From positions 3,936,001 through 4,000,000 of the forward strand of contig CH464491.1 of the NCBI GenBank assembly GCA_000002445.1: a DNA stretch of 64,000 nt, read 5' to 3'. A model generated the notes under the pieces. It was not told the origin of the DNA and did not search any database. It worked only from the letters and a program-made list of their open reading frames with translations. This document shows, piece after piece, positions 1-10,571 of this stretch. The DNA is from Trypanosoma brucei. Taxonomy: Eukaryota. Position 1 is the first letter of the stretch. Every line of letters starts with the position of its first letter. The translations under genes and the position numbers were made by a program.

Positions 1-1172
1 TGCGTACTGCCGGTCGTGATCCGACATGCAGGTTAGATTTAGGACCTTTGCCACAAACTGCCTTGACTGGCAATCACCTACACGCTCTGTCCCATTTACT
101 GCCAAACTTTCAGCACCAATTCTTCCCCTTCGCTTAGCCACTGGAGCTACCGGATTGTTCTCGACGATAAATGCCTCCCCAAAGGCACCTCTTCCCGCCA
201 TCTTTTTCTTTATGTATAAAGCTGTAGAGCTACCGGGTTCTCCCAAAATATCCTCAAGCGAAAGCCGCTCAGGGTCAAATTTATTGTTGTATCCATCGGT
301 TTTAATTACTGGAATGGGAGGCGAATTACTCCTCTGCGCATCCGATCGCGTGTCGGAGGCGGTGGTGTGAGAACTTGACGACGCGGTCTTTGGAGTTGGT
401 AATTCCGTTGGTGCTCTCGTAGCTACTCTCACAACACCGTTTCCCATTAAATAACAACGAGAGGACGCCTTCACAGTATGTAATAGGACGACAAGTTGAT
501 GTGCGGCTTTAAAAAAAAAAAAACGTTACAGCTTTCGCCTTGATCTTAGATTTTTTCCTTTTGGTTTCTTTTATGAAATAGGATAAAAGGGGGAGAGAAA
601 ATCCAATGTCAATAACTCCAGTAAAAACAAAGTCGGGAAGCTGACGATGTGCTACAAAGCAACACTCACATACCAGGTTTTGTAAAAAGAAAAACACAAG
701 AAACAAAACTATAATCCTAGTAGTAAGAAAGGGCCACAGAAGAGTGTTACCACAAAAGACCGAGGGCACACGCTGCTCGAGGCAGGGAGAAAAAAAAAAG
801 AAAAAATGTAAGTGCCCCCCCAAGGCGCTGCCTCACAGAAACGAAAAGAGAGAAACCAATACGTAAAAAACAGTCCAGTGGGAAGAATACGCCCCACTGA
901 CACCTTTCTTCATTTTACTGGAGAACCAAGAGGAATTATGTAAAGGATCTGCACGATATGTATCGCACTTCCATACCATTTCCTCCCACCCAACCGGTAA
1001 CACGTTTAGTACCCGCCATCGAAAAGTAGAATTCATAGGAGTACCAAGAATTACGGCTCCGTTAGTAAGAACCACACAGTCATAACATCAATAATCAAAA
1101 ATTCAACACCAGATAAGAATAAACACACTACTCTTCACGTCATTTTAAGAAACACAACTGCACAACGCCATC

Positions 1173-1799
1173 TTACAAGTCACTATGCGGTGCCCCAGGG
1201 TTACGTTTCCTTGTAAATTGATTTTCCGCATGATCCCAGTTTACCACGTTCCAAAATGTTTGCACGTAAGCCGGACGGTCATTCTTGTAATCAATATAGT
1301 AAGCATGCTCCCAAACATCGCAGGCGAGAATCGGCTTGAGATCCGCTTCAGTCAGTGGGCAACCGGCGTCATGCGTTTGAAATACTTTCAGTTTTTTTGT
1401 GGTGGTGTCCTGCACAAGCCACGCCCAACCAGAGCCGAAGTGGCCCACCGCCGCATTAGTGAACTCCTCCTTGAATTTTGCGAAGCTGCCGAATGATGCC
1501 CTGATGGCCTCTGCGAGTTTACCACTTGGTTCCCCACCGCCGTTGGGAGACATGCTCTCCCAGTAGAAGTTATGGTTAAATATCTGCGCCGCAAGGTTGA
1601 AGATGGGGCCTTTTTCTGTTCGGATGATTTCCTCAACGCTCTTCGCAGCAAGCGCTGGATTAGATTTCGCGGCCGCATTCAATTTCGTCACATAACCCAT
1701 GTGATGCTTGTCGTAGTGAAACGTCACCTGTTCCTTCGATATACCCTTTGCGGCTAATCCATCGTACCCCCACGGAAGTGGTGGAATGCTGAAAGCCAT
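1173..1799 (-). CDS. SODB: Iron superoxide dismutase (Fe-SOD, SodB type)
   Basis: 208-aa ORF with a verified ATG start (cat at 1797-1799 on +). Fe/Mn-SOD signatures are visible in the translation: HYDKHH, FNNAAQxxNHxFYW, and the DVWEHAYY metal-binding motif. It ends ...PHSDL. Confidence 0.9.
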   Translation of the reverse strand: MAFSIPPLPWGYDGLAAKGISKEQVTFHYDKHHMGYVTKLNAAAKSNPALAAKSVEEIIRTEKGPIFNLAAQIFNHNFYWESMSPNGGGEPSGKLAEAIRASFGSFAKFKEEFTNAAVGHFGSGWAWLVQDTTTKKLKVFQTHDAGCPLTEADLKPILACDVWEHAYYIDYKNDRPAYVQTFWNVVNWDHAENQFTRKRNPGAPHSDL

Positions 1800-3446
1800 C
1801 GGTGTTACTTATGTTGAAAGTACCGAAAAATATAGAATAATAAGGGAAATTATTTTCTTTTCCTACTATTGGTTTCCCTTCTTATTGCTCTACAGTTCCT
1901 TTTTCTTTTTTTTAAAAAGATCAGTTTATGGTCTCTACTTATGAGTCCAGTTATACAAGAGTTCAAGGAGATGAACAGTAACGCATTTGGTACGATTTGA
2001 ATTAAGAACAATAGTTCAGCAGCCGACACGGAGGAAGTTAAGCAAACAGGGCGTGCAACAAAAATATATATGATTCCAGCAACTCGTCGAGTATAATCTT
2101 CAGATTACAGAAAAAAAGTGAAAAGTGAAAAGAAGCAAAATGAGAGCTTAGAGGGACGCGACAGCTCCCAACAAATATAAAAATGATTTCTGCTCCTTCG
2201 TTTAATCACTTAATCTTTCTCTCCACCCCGCTCTCATTTACCCTCCTTGCCCCCTCATATCACGCGGCATAACCACCTGTCGCAAGTGCTCACTTAAGTG
2301 ATTCATGCGGGTTTCTCATCCTTCCTTCTGCTTTCCTTTTATTGTTTTCTCATCTCAATCCATTACGACCATACGATTCTTTTTCCTCCCTCAGCACATC
2401 GCAACCTTCTATAACGATTCGTTTCTCACTCTTATTTCCCCTAAATAACACCAAGAGGATTACAAAAGCATGCACGAAACAAACATAAACACAAAAATCG
2501 TCAGTTAGTCATGCATGCGCAATAAGGCACGATGAGGTGCCGTAATATAAAAGGACATGTGATCGAATCAATGAAAACGATTGAATCTAGAGAATGGAGG
2601 AGAGATGAAACGAAAAAGGAACATCCACATTGTAAACACAAAACATACAAACAAATGAAACAGGAAGTAACAGAAAAAAACAACAATAAAACGAAAAAAA
2701 ACAAACGAACAAACCACTTTCGCATATTCCTCAATTCAATCAAAACATACAAAAAACACAAAAAACTAGGTAACATTACTTCCTTCCTTTCCCATCTCTT
2801 CTACCGACGCAGCGCGCTTCCATTACCTCATATAAAGTGTTTGGAACGCATAAGAGAAAAGAGTGGGAACTAACGCCCGCAATCTGATTGAGTAAAACAA
2901 AAAAAATGAAGCAATGAAGCAAACGAAAAGAACAAAAGAAAACATTTTCAGAGGCCCGCAAGTATGAAAGAAAAACAAACAAACAGAAGTCAAATGCGGT
3001 CACCTTCGTCGCTTATGCTTCACTAAGCACCTTTTAAGCGTAAAAGAAAAGGTATGAGAAAACAAAGTCAGCAGTGCGAAAAGAAAACAAGAAACCGGAT
3101 TCACAACAAACGTTACGAACAACCAAAACTCAACACGAACTCAGAAGCAGACAAAATTCTTCTTTTTTCACCTTACAAAAGCCACCGTTAAATATAGAGG
3201 GCAGCAAAAGGAGAGAAGGAGAATTCCGAAAATGGGGCAGAAATCGAAGAACAAAAAAAATCTTCTCTTTTCTAAAAAAAAACCAAAGAAAGGGGACAAG
3301 AACAAAACATGTGGAGCAGGAGGCGATCAATAAATAGACGGAGACGGAGGAACAAAGCACAGTATTGACGACAAAATTTAGTGCACTGTCATCTTTAACT
3401 GGCGACCAAAACACTACTTATAAAAGTATTACCTTCACCTTCTTGT

Positions 3447-4046
3447 TTATTCTTTGATGAAGCCAAGTACCTGCGACATGAGGTCGTCCTTTTTGGGGCT
3501 CTTCTTGTACTTTACAGCCTCCGAAATGGCCGACTCGAGGAGCTGCACCACATTGGTTCCATCAGCTGCCGATACGTAAAACAGCGAAAGGTTATGCTTC
3601 TCCACGAACGCGAACGCCTTGTTCACGACGGATGGATCTGTATCTATCTTATTACAGGCTACAATGCATGGAATGTGCTCACGGTAGTTTCGTAACTCAC
3701 CCAACCACTTCTCCAAATTCTTATACGTCGCCTTCCGGGTGACGTCGAAAACCAAAATGCACGCATGAGCCTCGTGGTAATACGCGGGATGCATAGTGGA
3801 GAAACGCTCCTGTCCCGCCGTGTCCCAAATGTCAACATCAATTGCCTCATCATCTTCAGTAACGAAGTCATAGTGGAATAGCGTCAATGCATATGTGGAC
3901 ATTTGCACAGGCACGTATCGTTGCATCAAAAACCGCTCTACCAACTTAGACTTCCCCACAGCACTGTCACCAAGAAGGATAACTTTCACAGGTTTCCGTT
4001 CGTCATCGGGTTTATTGTCAATTAGTTTCTTCACTTTTAAGGACAT
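3447..4046 (-). CDS. Rab-like small GTPase without C-terminal prenylation cysteines (possible RABL/IFT-type GTPase)
   Basis: P-loop GDSAVGKS, switch [13 protein letters not shown] (G4) and SAA (G5). There is no C-terminal CC/CXC, and it ends GFIKE. Start moved to the internal ATG at 4046 (MSLKVKK). The upstream part of the listed ORF runs through a poly-T/poly-A tract and is likely UTR. Confidence 0.7.
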   Translation of the reverse strand: MSLKVKKLIDNKPDDERKPVKVILLGDSAVGKSKLVERFLMQRYVPVQMSTYALTLFHYDFVTEDDEAIDVDIWDTAGQERFSTMHPAYYHEAHACILVFDVTRKATYKNLEKWLGELRNYREHIPCIVACNKIDTDPSVVNKAFAFVEKHNLSLFYVSAADGTNVVQLLESAISEAVKYKKSPKKDDLMSQVLGFIKE

Positions 4047-4919
4047 TACAAAAAAAAAAAATGGACAAGTACGCAAGCGAAGAATGAGCTAAACCTATGA
4101 CGAGAAGAAAAGGGAGGAATAAAAAAAGAGTAAGGAATTTCATTTGGCATGCAAGTGCAGCCGGTTGTCAGTTTGGCAAAGCTTGGTGGAAGTGCACAGT
4201 TACTTCCCTTCTCCCCCTGCGCTTAGCACACCCTCCTCCAAGTAAAAGCTTCGTTCTATTCCCAACGTAAGAACACTGGGTAACCCTATCGCTCAATTCA
4301 TTTAATACCGTTATAATCATTACTATTACGAAATTGAAAAATGATTGCGGTACGAGAGATGCAACCCACAACGGGTCTTGTGGGAAAATGAATAAAATAC
4401 GATGTGAAGACGCGGTTAAACCATCAAAGTCAGCGAGAAAAGGGGGGGGCAACATTCATTTAAACAATGAGATTTCAAGCCATAGCTCTCCGTTCCTTTT
4501 GTCCTCGCCCACCCCACAGGTATAACATCAAGAATGTGCTAAATTGACGGGGGAAACATTTCCCATACACACCTTTATAACAACAACATACACGGGCTCC
4601 ACTGCATTACAAGCCAAGACGTCGCGAACAGAAACTAACCGTACTACACGGTACACAGTTACCAACAAGAAACGTACTTGAGGTGCGGATGCGCGCAGTA
4701 CATGCACGAAGCAACGTGGTGAGGTAATTGTGGAGTCTTTTTGCCCACACATGCAAAGACACCTGCTCAGCGTAACTCAGCTTCACTCACGCAGTGAATT
4801 TCGCATAGCATCTCGAGGTTATCCCTCCCCTAATCGGCCACTACATGACAGAACATCACAAATCATGGAAAGTAGGAAAGAAGTCACTTTCATCACCATC
4901 TCGTTCCCTTGTCAACTTT

Positions 4920-6704
4920 CTAAATACCCTTCATTTGAAACTTCATCGGAGGTGCCAGAGCTGGGAGGGGCGCCTGCGACTCGTTCACACGTTTCCGCAT
5001 GGTGTTCAGCCCCTCACGCTTTTCCTTGTCTTCCAACCCCCTGTCTTCAATGCGGCTTTCCTTCGCGAGCACATCCTTTTCCACAACTGCAGCCTCCGTC
5101 GTAATCATCATTCCAGCCACTGAACACGCATTTACTACCGCTGATTTTACAACTTTCATTGGATCAATTATACCCTCGTTAAACATGTTCACGTACTCGC
5201 CTGTCTGCGCATTGTATCCGAACGTTGGGTCATTCCTTCTCATAATTTTACTCGCCACAACACTTCCTTCCACACCCGCATTACTCGCAATGTAACGACA
5301 GGGCAAGCGGACAGCCCTTTTCACTATATTAACGCCCGTGCGGATATCTGGAGGCAAACTGCGGTCCTTCGCCACGCTGTCAAGCCGCACTGATGCAACG
5401 AGCAAAGCTGTACCACCGCCAGCAAGAATTCCCTCCGCTACCGCTGCACGCGTGGCGTTAAGGGCATCAACAATACGATCTTTTTTCTCACTGATCTCAA
5501 CTTCGGAGGCACCGCCAACTTTAATTACTGCAACACCTCCAGACAACTTAGCAAGCCGCTCTACCAAGCGCTCGCGGTTGTACTCGTGATCTTCCGCTGC
5601 AATCATATCACGGATCATCTGAACGCGCTCTTCCACCGCGATGGCACTTCCACCACCCTCCATTAAAATGCATTCATCACGCGATATTGTAGCTTTCTTA
5701 CATGATCCAAGCAACCGCTCCGAAAAATCACTTTGGTCGAGACTTAACCCCAAATCCTCTGAAATCATCTGCGCACCGGTGAATACTGCAATATCCTGTA
5801 GTTGATTAATTCGCATATCACCGAACCCAGGAGCTTTCACTGAGCAGCCTGTTATTCTTCCTTGAATTTTGTTATAGAGGAATGTATGCATTGCTTCTCC
5901 CTCCAAATCCTCGGAAATAACAAGGAGTGGTCTCTTCTTTTGGATGGCATGGTTCAGTGCGGGAAGAATGTGGGCAACACTGGACAACTTACGGTTTGCA
6001 ACAAACACTAGTGCATTCTCCAATTCGCACTTCTGTGACTTGGTGTTCGTTACAAAATATGGTGATGTGAATCCCCGCTCGAAGGACATTCCCTCCACGA
6101 GTTCCAACTCCGTGTTCAACGAGCGGCCCTCCTGCGTAGTGATGACACCATCCTTACCAACCTGCTGCATGGCATCACCAATGAGCGCTCCAATTTCAAC
6201 GTCCATATTAGCCGATATCATTGCTATCTGCGTTACCTCCGATTTGGAGGTGACGGGCTTCGCCTGCTCAGCCAATGAAGCGAGTACCTCGCGGCAGGCC
6301 AAGTCAATCCCACGTTTCAAGTCCATTGGATTCGTACCCGTAGAAACACTACGGAACCCTTCTCGAAATATAGCTCCAGAGAGAATTGTTGCAGTGGTCG
6401 TTCCGTCACCAGCTGTATCATTTGTGAGGCCAGCCACCTGCCGCACGAGGTTGGCACCCAGATTTTCAAAGCTGTTCTCAAACTCAATGTGCTTCGCTAC
6501 TGTCACGCCATCCTTTGTTATCTTCGGACTAGCATATGGCATCTCCAATACGACATTACGTCCTTTCGGCCCCAATGTAACACCGACCGCCTTCACAAGA
6601 TTCTCCACACCAAGCAAAAGTAGCTTACGGGCCTCGATGCCGTAACGAATGTCCTTCGGCGTCGAGCCGTACTGCATGCAACAAGCGAAGGAGCGCCTCA
6701 GCAT
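4920..6704 (-). CDS. HSP60: Chaperonin HSP60/GroEL family, mitochondrial, divergent paralog
   Basis: 594 aa, ATG verified. It has GDGTTTATIL (ATP site), AVIKVGG and AEGILAGGG motifs and an N-terminal presequence-like MLRRSFA. There is no C-terminal GGM repeat, and the N- and C-termini are unusual. Looks like a divergent copy rather than the canonical HSP60. Confidence 0.88.
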   Translation of the reverse strand: MLRRSFACCMQYGSTPKDIRYGIEARKLLLLGVENLVKAVGVTLGPKGRNVVLEMPYASPKITKDGVTVAKHIEFENSFENLGANLVRQVAGLTNDTAGDGTTTATILSGAIFREGFRSVSTGTNPMDLKRGIDLACREVLASLAEQAKPVTSKSEVTQIAMISANMDVEIGALIGDAMQQVGKDGVITTQEGRSLNTELELVEGMSFERGFTSPYFVTNTKSQKCELENALVFVANRKLSSVAHILPALNHAIQKKRPLLVISEDLEGEAMHTFLYNKIQGRITGCSVKAPGFGDMRINQLQDIAVFTGAQMISEDLGLSLDQSDFSERLLGSCKKATISRDECILMEGGGSAIAVEERVQMIRDMIAAEDHEYNRERLVERLAKLSGGVAVIKVGGASEVEISEKKDRIVDALNATRAAVAEGILAGGGTALLVASVRLDSVAKDRSLPPDIRTGVNIVKRAVRLPCRYIASNAGVEGSVVASKIMRRNDPTFGYNAQTGEYVNMFNEGIIDPMKVVKSAVVNACSVAGMMITTEAAVVEKDVLAKESRIEDRGLEDKEKREGLNTMRKRVNESQAPLPALAPPMKFQMKGI

Positions 6705-7367
6705 GACGTCTCACAGATCCTGTCTTCTAAACTGTTATTTCTGCACTCTTTTCGATTTCACAGATTCTAGGTCATCAACGAGATAGCCAGAAGGAGAAAA
6801 AGATAATATGGGTATGCATATCCAAGCGCCATGCAAGAGAGCACATGTAAATGTACATTTTCCCCTATGCCTTCCTGACGCACCAATCCCTTACACATTT
6901 CTCTTCAGAAATGTAGACTGTGCATCAACATTGGGTAAAGTTCTCCTTTCAGCACCTCACAATGATCCACGTAATCTGAACGCACGAAGTGCATGACGGA
7001 AAGGGAAAGAAAAAGAAATGCCTCAAAACATCACGTCGCACTGTCCACAAAAAGGGACAACAGAGACAATTTCCCGCTGCAGCACGTTTTCCTCACGAAC
7101 CAAATTTGACATAAAGCGCTATAGTTCTTGTGGTGGTGTGTTTTTCGGTGGGAAGCTGAAAAGGGACTGACCGCACGAACGCATGACGGCATGCGTCGTC
7201 TGGCGCTTTTACCGCTCACATCTAAACAAGCACCCGTCGATACCTTCCTGCCATCACACATAAATTAAGGGGGAAAATGAAGGTTGCACTGAGGTTGGAT
7301 CAATCGCTCACACGCTCCCTCACGCACGGAACTCCAAGAGACACCGCTGGTGATAATCAGCCAGCCA

Positions 7368-8798
7368 CTAAACTGCGGTGACGGAACCCCTCGTACCTCC
7401 AAGTAACGTACTGACGTTAGCGTGCACACCGGAATGCCCAGCTATGTTGTTAGTGGCCGGAGGCACGGTATACAAACTAGAAGACAATGCTACATTAGCG
7501 CTTGGTGTTGATTCCGGCTCTTCCGGCGTGACTACAGGTTTGCACCCCTCGGAAGAAAACGCATGGCGCTCGCCACCTCCATGGTGGTGATGATGACCAT
7601 AGTCATGATTGTGTCCATGAGAGTGACCGTGGTCGTGCCCATGAGAGTGGTTATGACACTGATAGCTAGAACTTTCTCCGGGGTCAAAGTTGTCTTCTTC
7701 ATCAGGCTTTCTGACCTCCACAAAAACGTAAGCCGCAACACTTGCAAGTATTTTATGTGCTTCTTGAGTCACCGCCAAGGGGTCTGCCGATGTTAGCAAA
7801 ATCAATTGCACAAGGGCCATAAGCTCCCCTTCACTCACCTCCCAAAAGCAGGACGACTTTATCTGCATTACACCCGGAACCAACTGCACACTACGAATGG
7901 CACGCTCACACTTTGCCGCCACGTTGGGTTGGCACGTTGCGTTGTTAAGCAGAAGCCACGCCATTGATGTGGATTGATTCAAGGTGACAGCCAAAACGTA
8001 GAATGCCAACAACATCACTCCAATAGTTTCCCACATTGAAGACCCGCCAAGTCTCACTAAAAGCGAGACTAAGATGCACGTGAAAGCAGAAAAAGAGCGC
8101 AACACAATGCGAATAATGCGATACTGTTGGGAAAAGGCCCTGGAAAAGAGCAGCAGAGGCCTGCGCAGAACCTGCCGTATCGTAACGTGGATACTGGGGA
8201 GACCACGAGGCTCTCGTTGCGAAGACAGCGTTCCACTGATGCGGTCATGCGCGTCAATTTCTCCCCCAAACACAGTAATAAGCAGGGCATGTACCACTCC
8301 TGTGAGGAGAAGCAATTTAGGTGAGGGCTGTCGCGTGTGTGCTATGTCGTGAACTGATTCTAGCATTACGGTGAGTGATCCAAACAAAACAAATATAGAC
8401 GCACCGAACGAAATGAGCGTGTGAAGACGCTTTGCACCGAAGTAGTACCCCTGAATACCTTCGAGAGAAATCGCCCCGTTTTGCTGGTTACGGTGCTCTT
8501 GGCCGCCAAGTAGTAAACTATGCGGCTGAGGATTCGGCTGCGCCGTAATCTGCTCCTTGACTCGAAAGGAAGGCGCCTGCACAATGCGGCAGTAGTTCAG
8601 TGACACCACCCCTGAAGCAACAGCGGCACATGTGTTAAATGTGATGAAGGCGTTGACCTGAAGAATCCTGCAGCCACTAAACGTACCGATTAGCGTGTCT
8701 ACGACCCATAAAAAGAAGAAAACAGTGGCGACGCACCGCAGTTTGTGCATTTCCAGGTCATCGCCCTTCTTGAACAGACGAACAGCTTCTCCTATCAT
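7368..8798 (-). CDS. Polytopic membrane protein with His-rich C-terminal tail; possible cation-diffusion-facilitator-like metal transporter
   Basis: 476 aa, ATG verified. About 6-7 hydrophobic helices. Motifs ESVHDIAH and VVHALLITVFGGEIDAHD loosely resemble the CDF TM2/TM5 H-x3-D motifs. The tail CHNHSHGHDHGHSHGHNHDYGHHHHHGGGERH suggests metal binding. The family assignment is tentative. Confidence 0.4.
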   Translation of the reverse strand: MIGEAVRLFKKGDDLEMHKLRCVATVFFFLWVVDTLIGTFSGCRILQVNAFITFNTCAAVASGVVSLNYCRIVQAPSFRVKEQITAQPNPQPHSLLLGGQEHRNQQNGAISLEGIQGYYFGAKRLHTLISFGASIFVLFGSLTVMLESVHDIAHTRQPSPKLLLLTGVVHALLITVFGGEIDAHDRISGTLSSQREPRGLPSIHVTIRQVLRRPLLLFSRAFSQQYRIIRIVLRSFSAFTCILVSLLVRLGGSSMWETIGVMLLAFYVLAVTLNQSTSMAWLLLNNATCQPNVAAKCERAIRSVQLVPGVMQIKSSCFWEVSEGELMALVQLILLTSADPLAVTQEAHKILASVAAYVFVEVRKPDEEDNFDPGESSSYQCHNHSHGHDHGHSHGHNHDYGHHHHHGGGERHAFSSEGCKPVVTPEEPESTPSANVALSSSLYTVPPATNNIAGHSGVHANVSTLLGGTRGSVTAV

Positions 8799-9126
8799 AT
8801 TTGCTGCGACTAATCAGAAGTGTGGAAAAGCGAAACAAACAAGAGAAACTTGAACACAAGCGAACCGCGGTAAATCTTTTCACATATATAAAGGAATGCA
8901 TTATTAAGATGCATACGTGGTACACCTTCCCCCTTCCTCTCACTAAGAGGCTCATGAGAAAAGTAGAGAAAAAACGAAATGCACACTCGGTTTGAAAAGC
9001 AACATTTCTTTACCGAGATTGAGAAATGGAATAAATAATAACTGTATGTCTATCTCTATGATGGTTGTTGTTGCAGTTGTGTAGTTCCCGTTCGCAAGCA
9101 TATCCATCAAACTGCAGGGTGTTACT

Positions 9127-9525
9127 TCATCGACCACGCTTCACCTGACCCGTTGGCAGGAGTGGCACCAAATGTCCCATCCCACCAGCCTTCAGTGCGG
9201 TTTTTATGTCATTAGCGGAAAGCGTTACCCTTCGCCTCGACTCACGAGAGTGTTCGTCATCTGCAAGACATGAAAGGTACAGAAGCGATATTGTTGCGGC
9301 CTTCTGCATCGCTATGCGCGCGTCGCGAGCAACATGCATACCAGCGGGCACAGCGGCAGCAACGATGCGGTCCACTTGCCCGGCCGCCAAACTACGAGCT
9401 TTTACAGCGGAGTTTTGTGCAGTTGGAGAGGGAAGAGGAGCCGCATCAATATCTGCTATGGTGCCTTGAGTGTCGCTCGCCTTCACTAAGTCACCAGCTA
9501 AATCCATTCGTCCTTGTCCTTTCAT
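9127..9525 (-). CDS. Histone-fold protein (NF-YB/NC2-beta/Pol-epsilon small subunit-like)
   Basis: The listed ORF begins at a GTG (cac at 9595-9597), so I use the first in-frame ATG at 9525 (MKGQGRMDL...). The histone-fold pattern is visible: VDRIVAAAVPAGMHVARDARIAMQKAATISLLYLSCLADDEHSRESRRRVTLSANDIKTALKAGGMGHL. Confidence 0.5.
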   Translation of the reverse strand: MKGQGRMDLAGDLVKASDTQGTIADIDAAPLPSPTAQNSAVKARSLAAGQVDRIVAAAVPAGMHVARDARIAMQKAATISLLYLSCLADDEHSRESRRRVTLSANDIKTALKAGGMGHLVPLLPTGQVKRGR

Positions 9526-9734
9526 GAGTCCATGTAAAGCCGCAGTTGTAGAAAGAAGGAGGGCATATGAACTCGAAACATCATCAACAAAACGCACACA
9601 AGCGAATACGACAAAACAATGGCAAAGAGCAATTCAAAGATACGTACGCAAACATGGTGCTGCAACCGTACGAACAAAAAGTAAAGTAGTCACGAACAAG
9701 GTTTGATTAATGAAGGGAAGAAACAAGAAAGATT

Positions 9735-9830
9735 CAAGACTTCAGCTAATAACATAGTATAGTTATTCCATCACAAATTTGTCGGATTGAAGGGCTAACT
9801 TCAAGAATAACAATGATAACATCATATCTT
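9735..9830 (-). ncRNA. Candidate C/D box snoRNA (copy 1 of a tandem pair)
   Basis: The minus strand reads AUGAUGU (C-like box), then a conserved core, GUGAUGG (C'-like), a divergent ~20-nt segment, and CUGA (D box) about 80 nt downstream. It is related to the copy at 10052-10152. Intergenic location. No structure or target prediction was done. Confidence 0.3.
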
Positions 9831-10147
9831 ACTTGACAAAGTACATGGAGTATCATCTCCGCTACCTCTATCACACGGTGCAGCTACGCGGCAAGCACAC
9901 CCTGTTTACACAGGCACGTTGAACAGGGGCCAAGAGGGAGTGTTGGGCCACCGACAGAATGTAGGGGAAACAGTAGAATAAACGCAATAGCAGAGCTGGT
10001 CGAGAGGGTGAAGTATGTGAGCAAACCAGTTTCAAATACTTAAAGAAAGATACGGAAAGAATCTCAGAATCAAATATAAACGGTTATTCCATCACGAAAC
10101 TCTCGGATTGAAGGGCTAACTTCAAAAGATCACTAATATCATCACAC
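9763..10147. repeat. Intergenic tandem duplication (~320-bp period, two degenerate units sharing a ~60-bp conserved core)
   Basis: ttattccatcacaaatttgtcggattgaagggctaacttcaagaataacaatgataacatcat (9763-9825) compared with ttattccatcacgaaactctcggattgaagggctaacttcaaaagatcactaatatcatcac (10083-10145). Partial similarity continues downstream (atcacacggtgcagc / atcacacggcaccgc). Confidence 0.7.
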
Positions 10148-10152
10148 GGCAC
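10052..10152 (-). ncRNA. Candidate C/D box snoRNA (copy 2 of a tandem pair)
   Basis: The minus strand reads GUGAUGA (perfect C box, RUGAUGA), then ...UUGAAGUUAGCCCUUCAAUCCGAGA..., CGUGAUGG (C'-like), AAUAACCGUUUAUAUUUGAUU and CUGA (D box). The C-to-D distance is ~83 nt. It sits in an intergenic tandem duplication, which is how trypanosome snoRNA clusters are typically arranged. Confidence 0.35.
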
Positions 10153-10571
10153 CGCTTCTCTTTTTGTACACACTGGTAGCCCATTGCAGGGGTGAATCAA
10201 CATGCATCGGGGGAGGGGCTCCTACGGACGGCTATTCAAACATATGCTTTCCTTCCAACTAATAGATGGGAAATCAAAGGGGACCACACACATTTTTTTT
10301 CAAATGCACATACGTTTAGACAATGAAAGGAACGAAAAGTAAACAGGGTCATTCGAAGTAGCTTGCAATAACCAATAATATTTACTAATTGTCGCAACAG
10401 AAAGTGAGGCACGCGCACCATGGAACGAAAATCGAGCCATGTTTACACTACTCTCTATGCCCATCTATGGAAAACTTTTTGTGTGTGTTCTTCGAAAAAT
10501 AAACGAAGGGACCGTTACAATGTGTAAAACACTGACCGAATGAAAAAGGGTGCATGTGTATCTGATAATTA

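Noticed and set aside
26-370. 114-aa + strand ORF at the window start
   Set aside because: It lies in what is the 3' UTR or downstream region of the SOD gene, on the non-transcribed strand. The translated sequence is low complexity. I checked the minus strand here and found only a short stop-bounded frame without an ATG.
5944-6645. 233-aa + strand ORF antisense to HSP60 (and similar antisense ORFs opposite the DnaJ, the PDZ protein, etc.)
   Set aside because: Antisense-frame openness is common opposite GC-rich, codon-biased genes. There is no independent signal, and they overlap well-supported genes.
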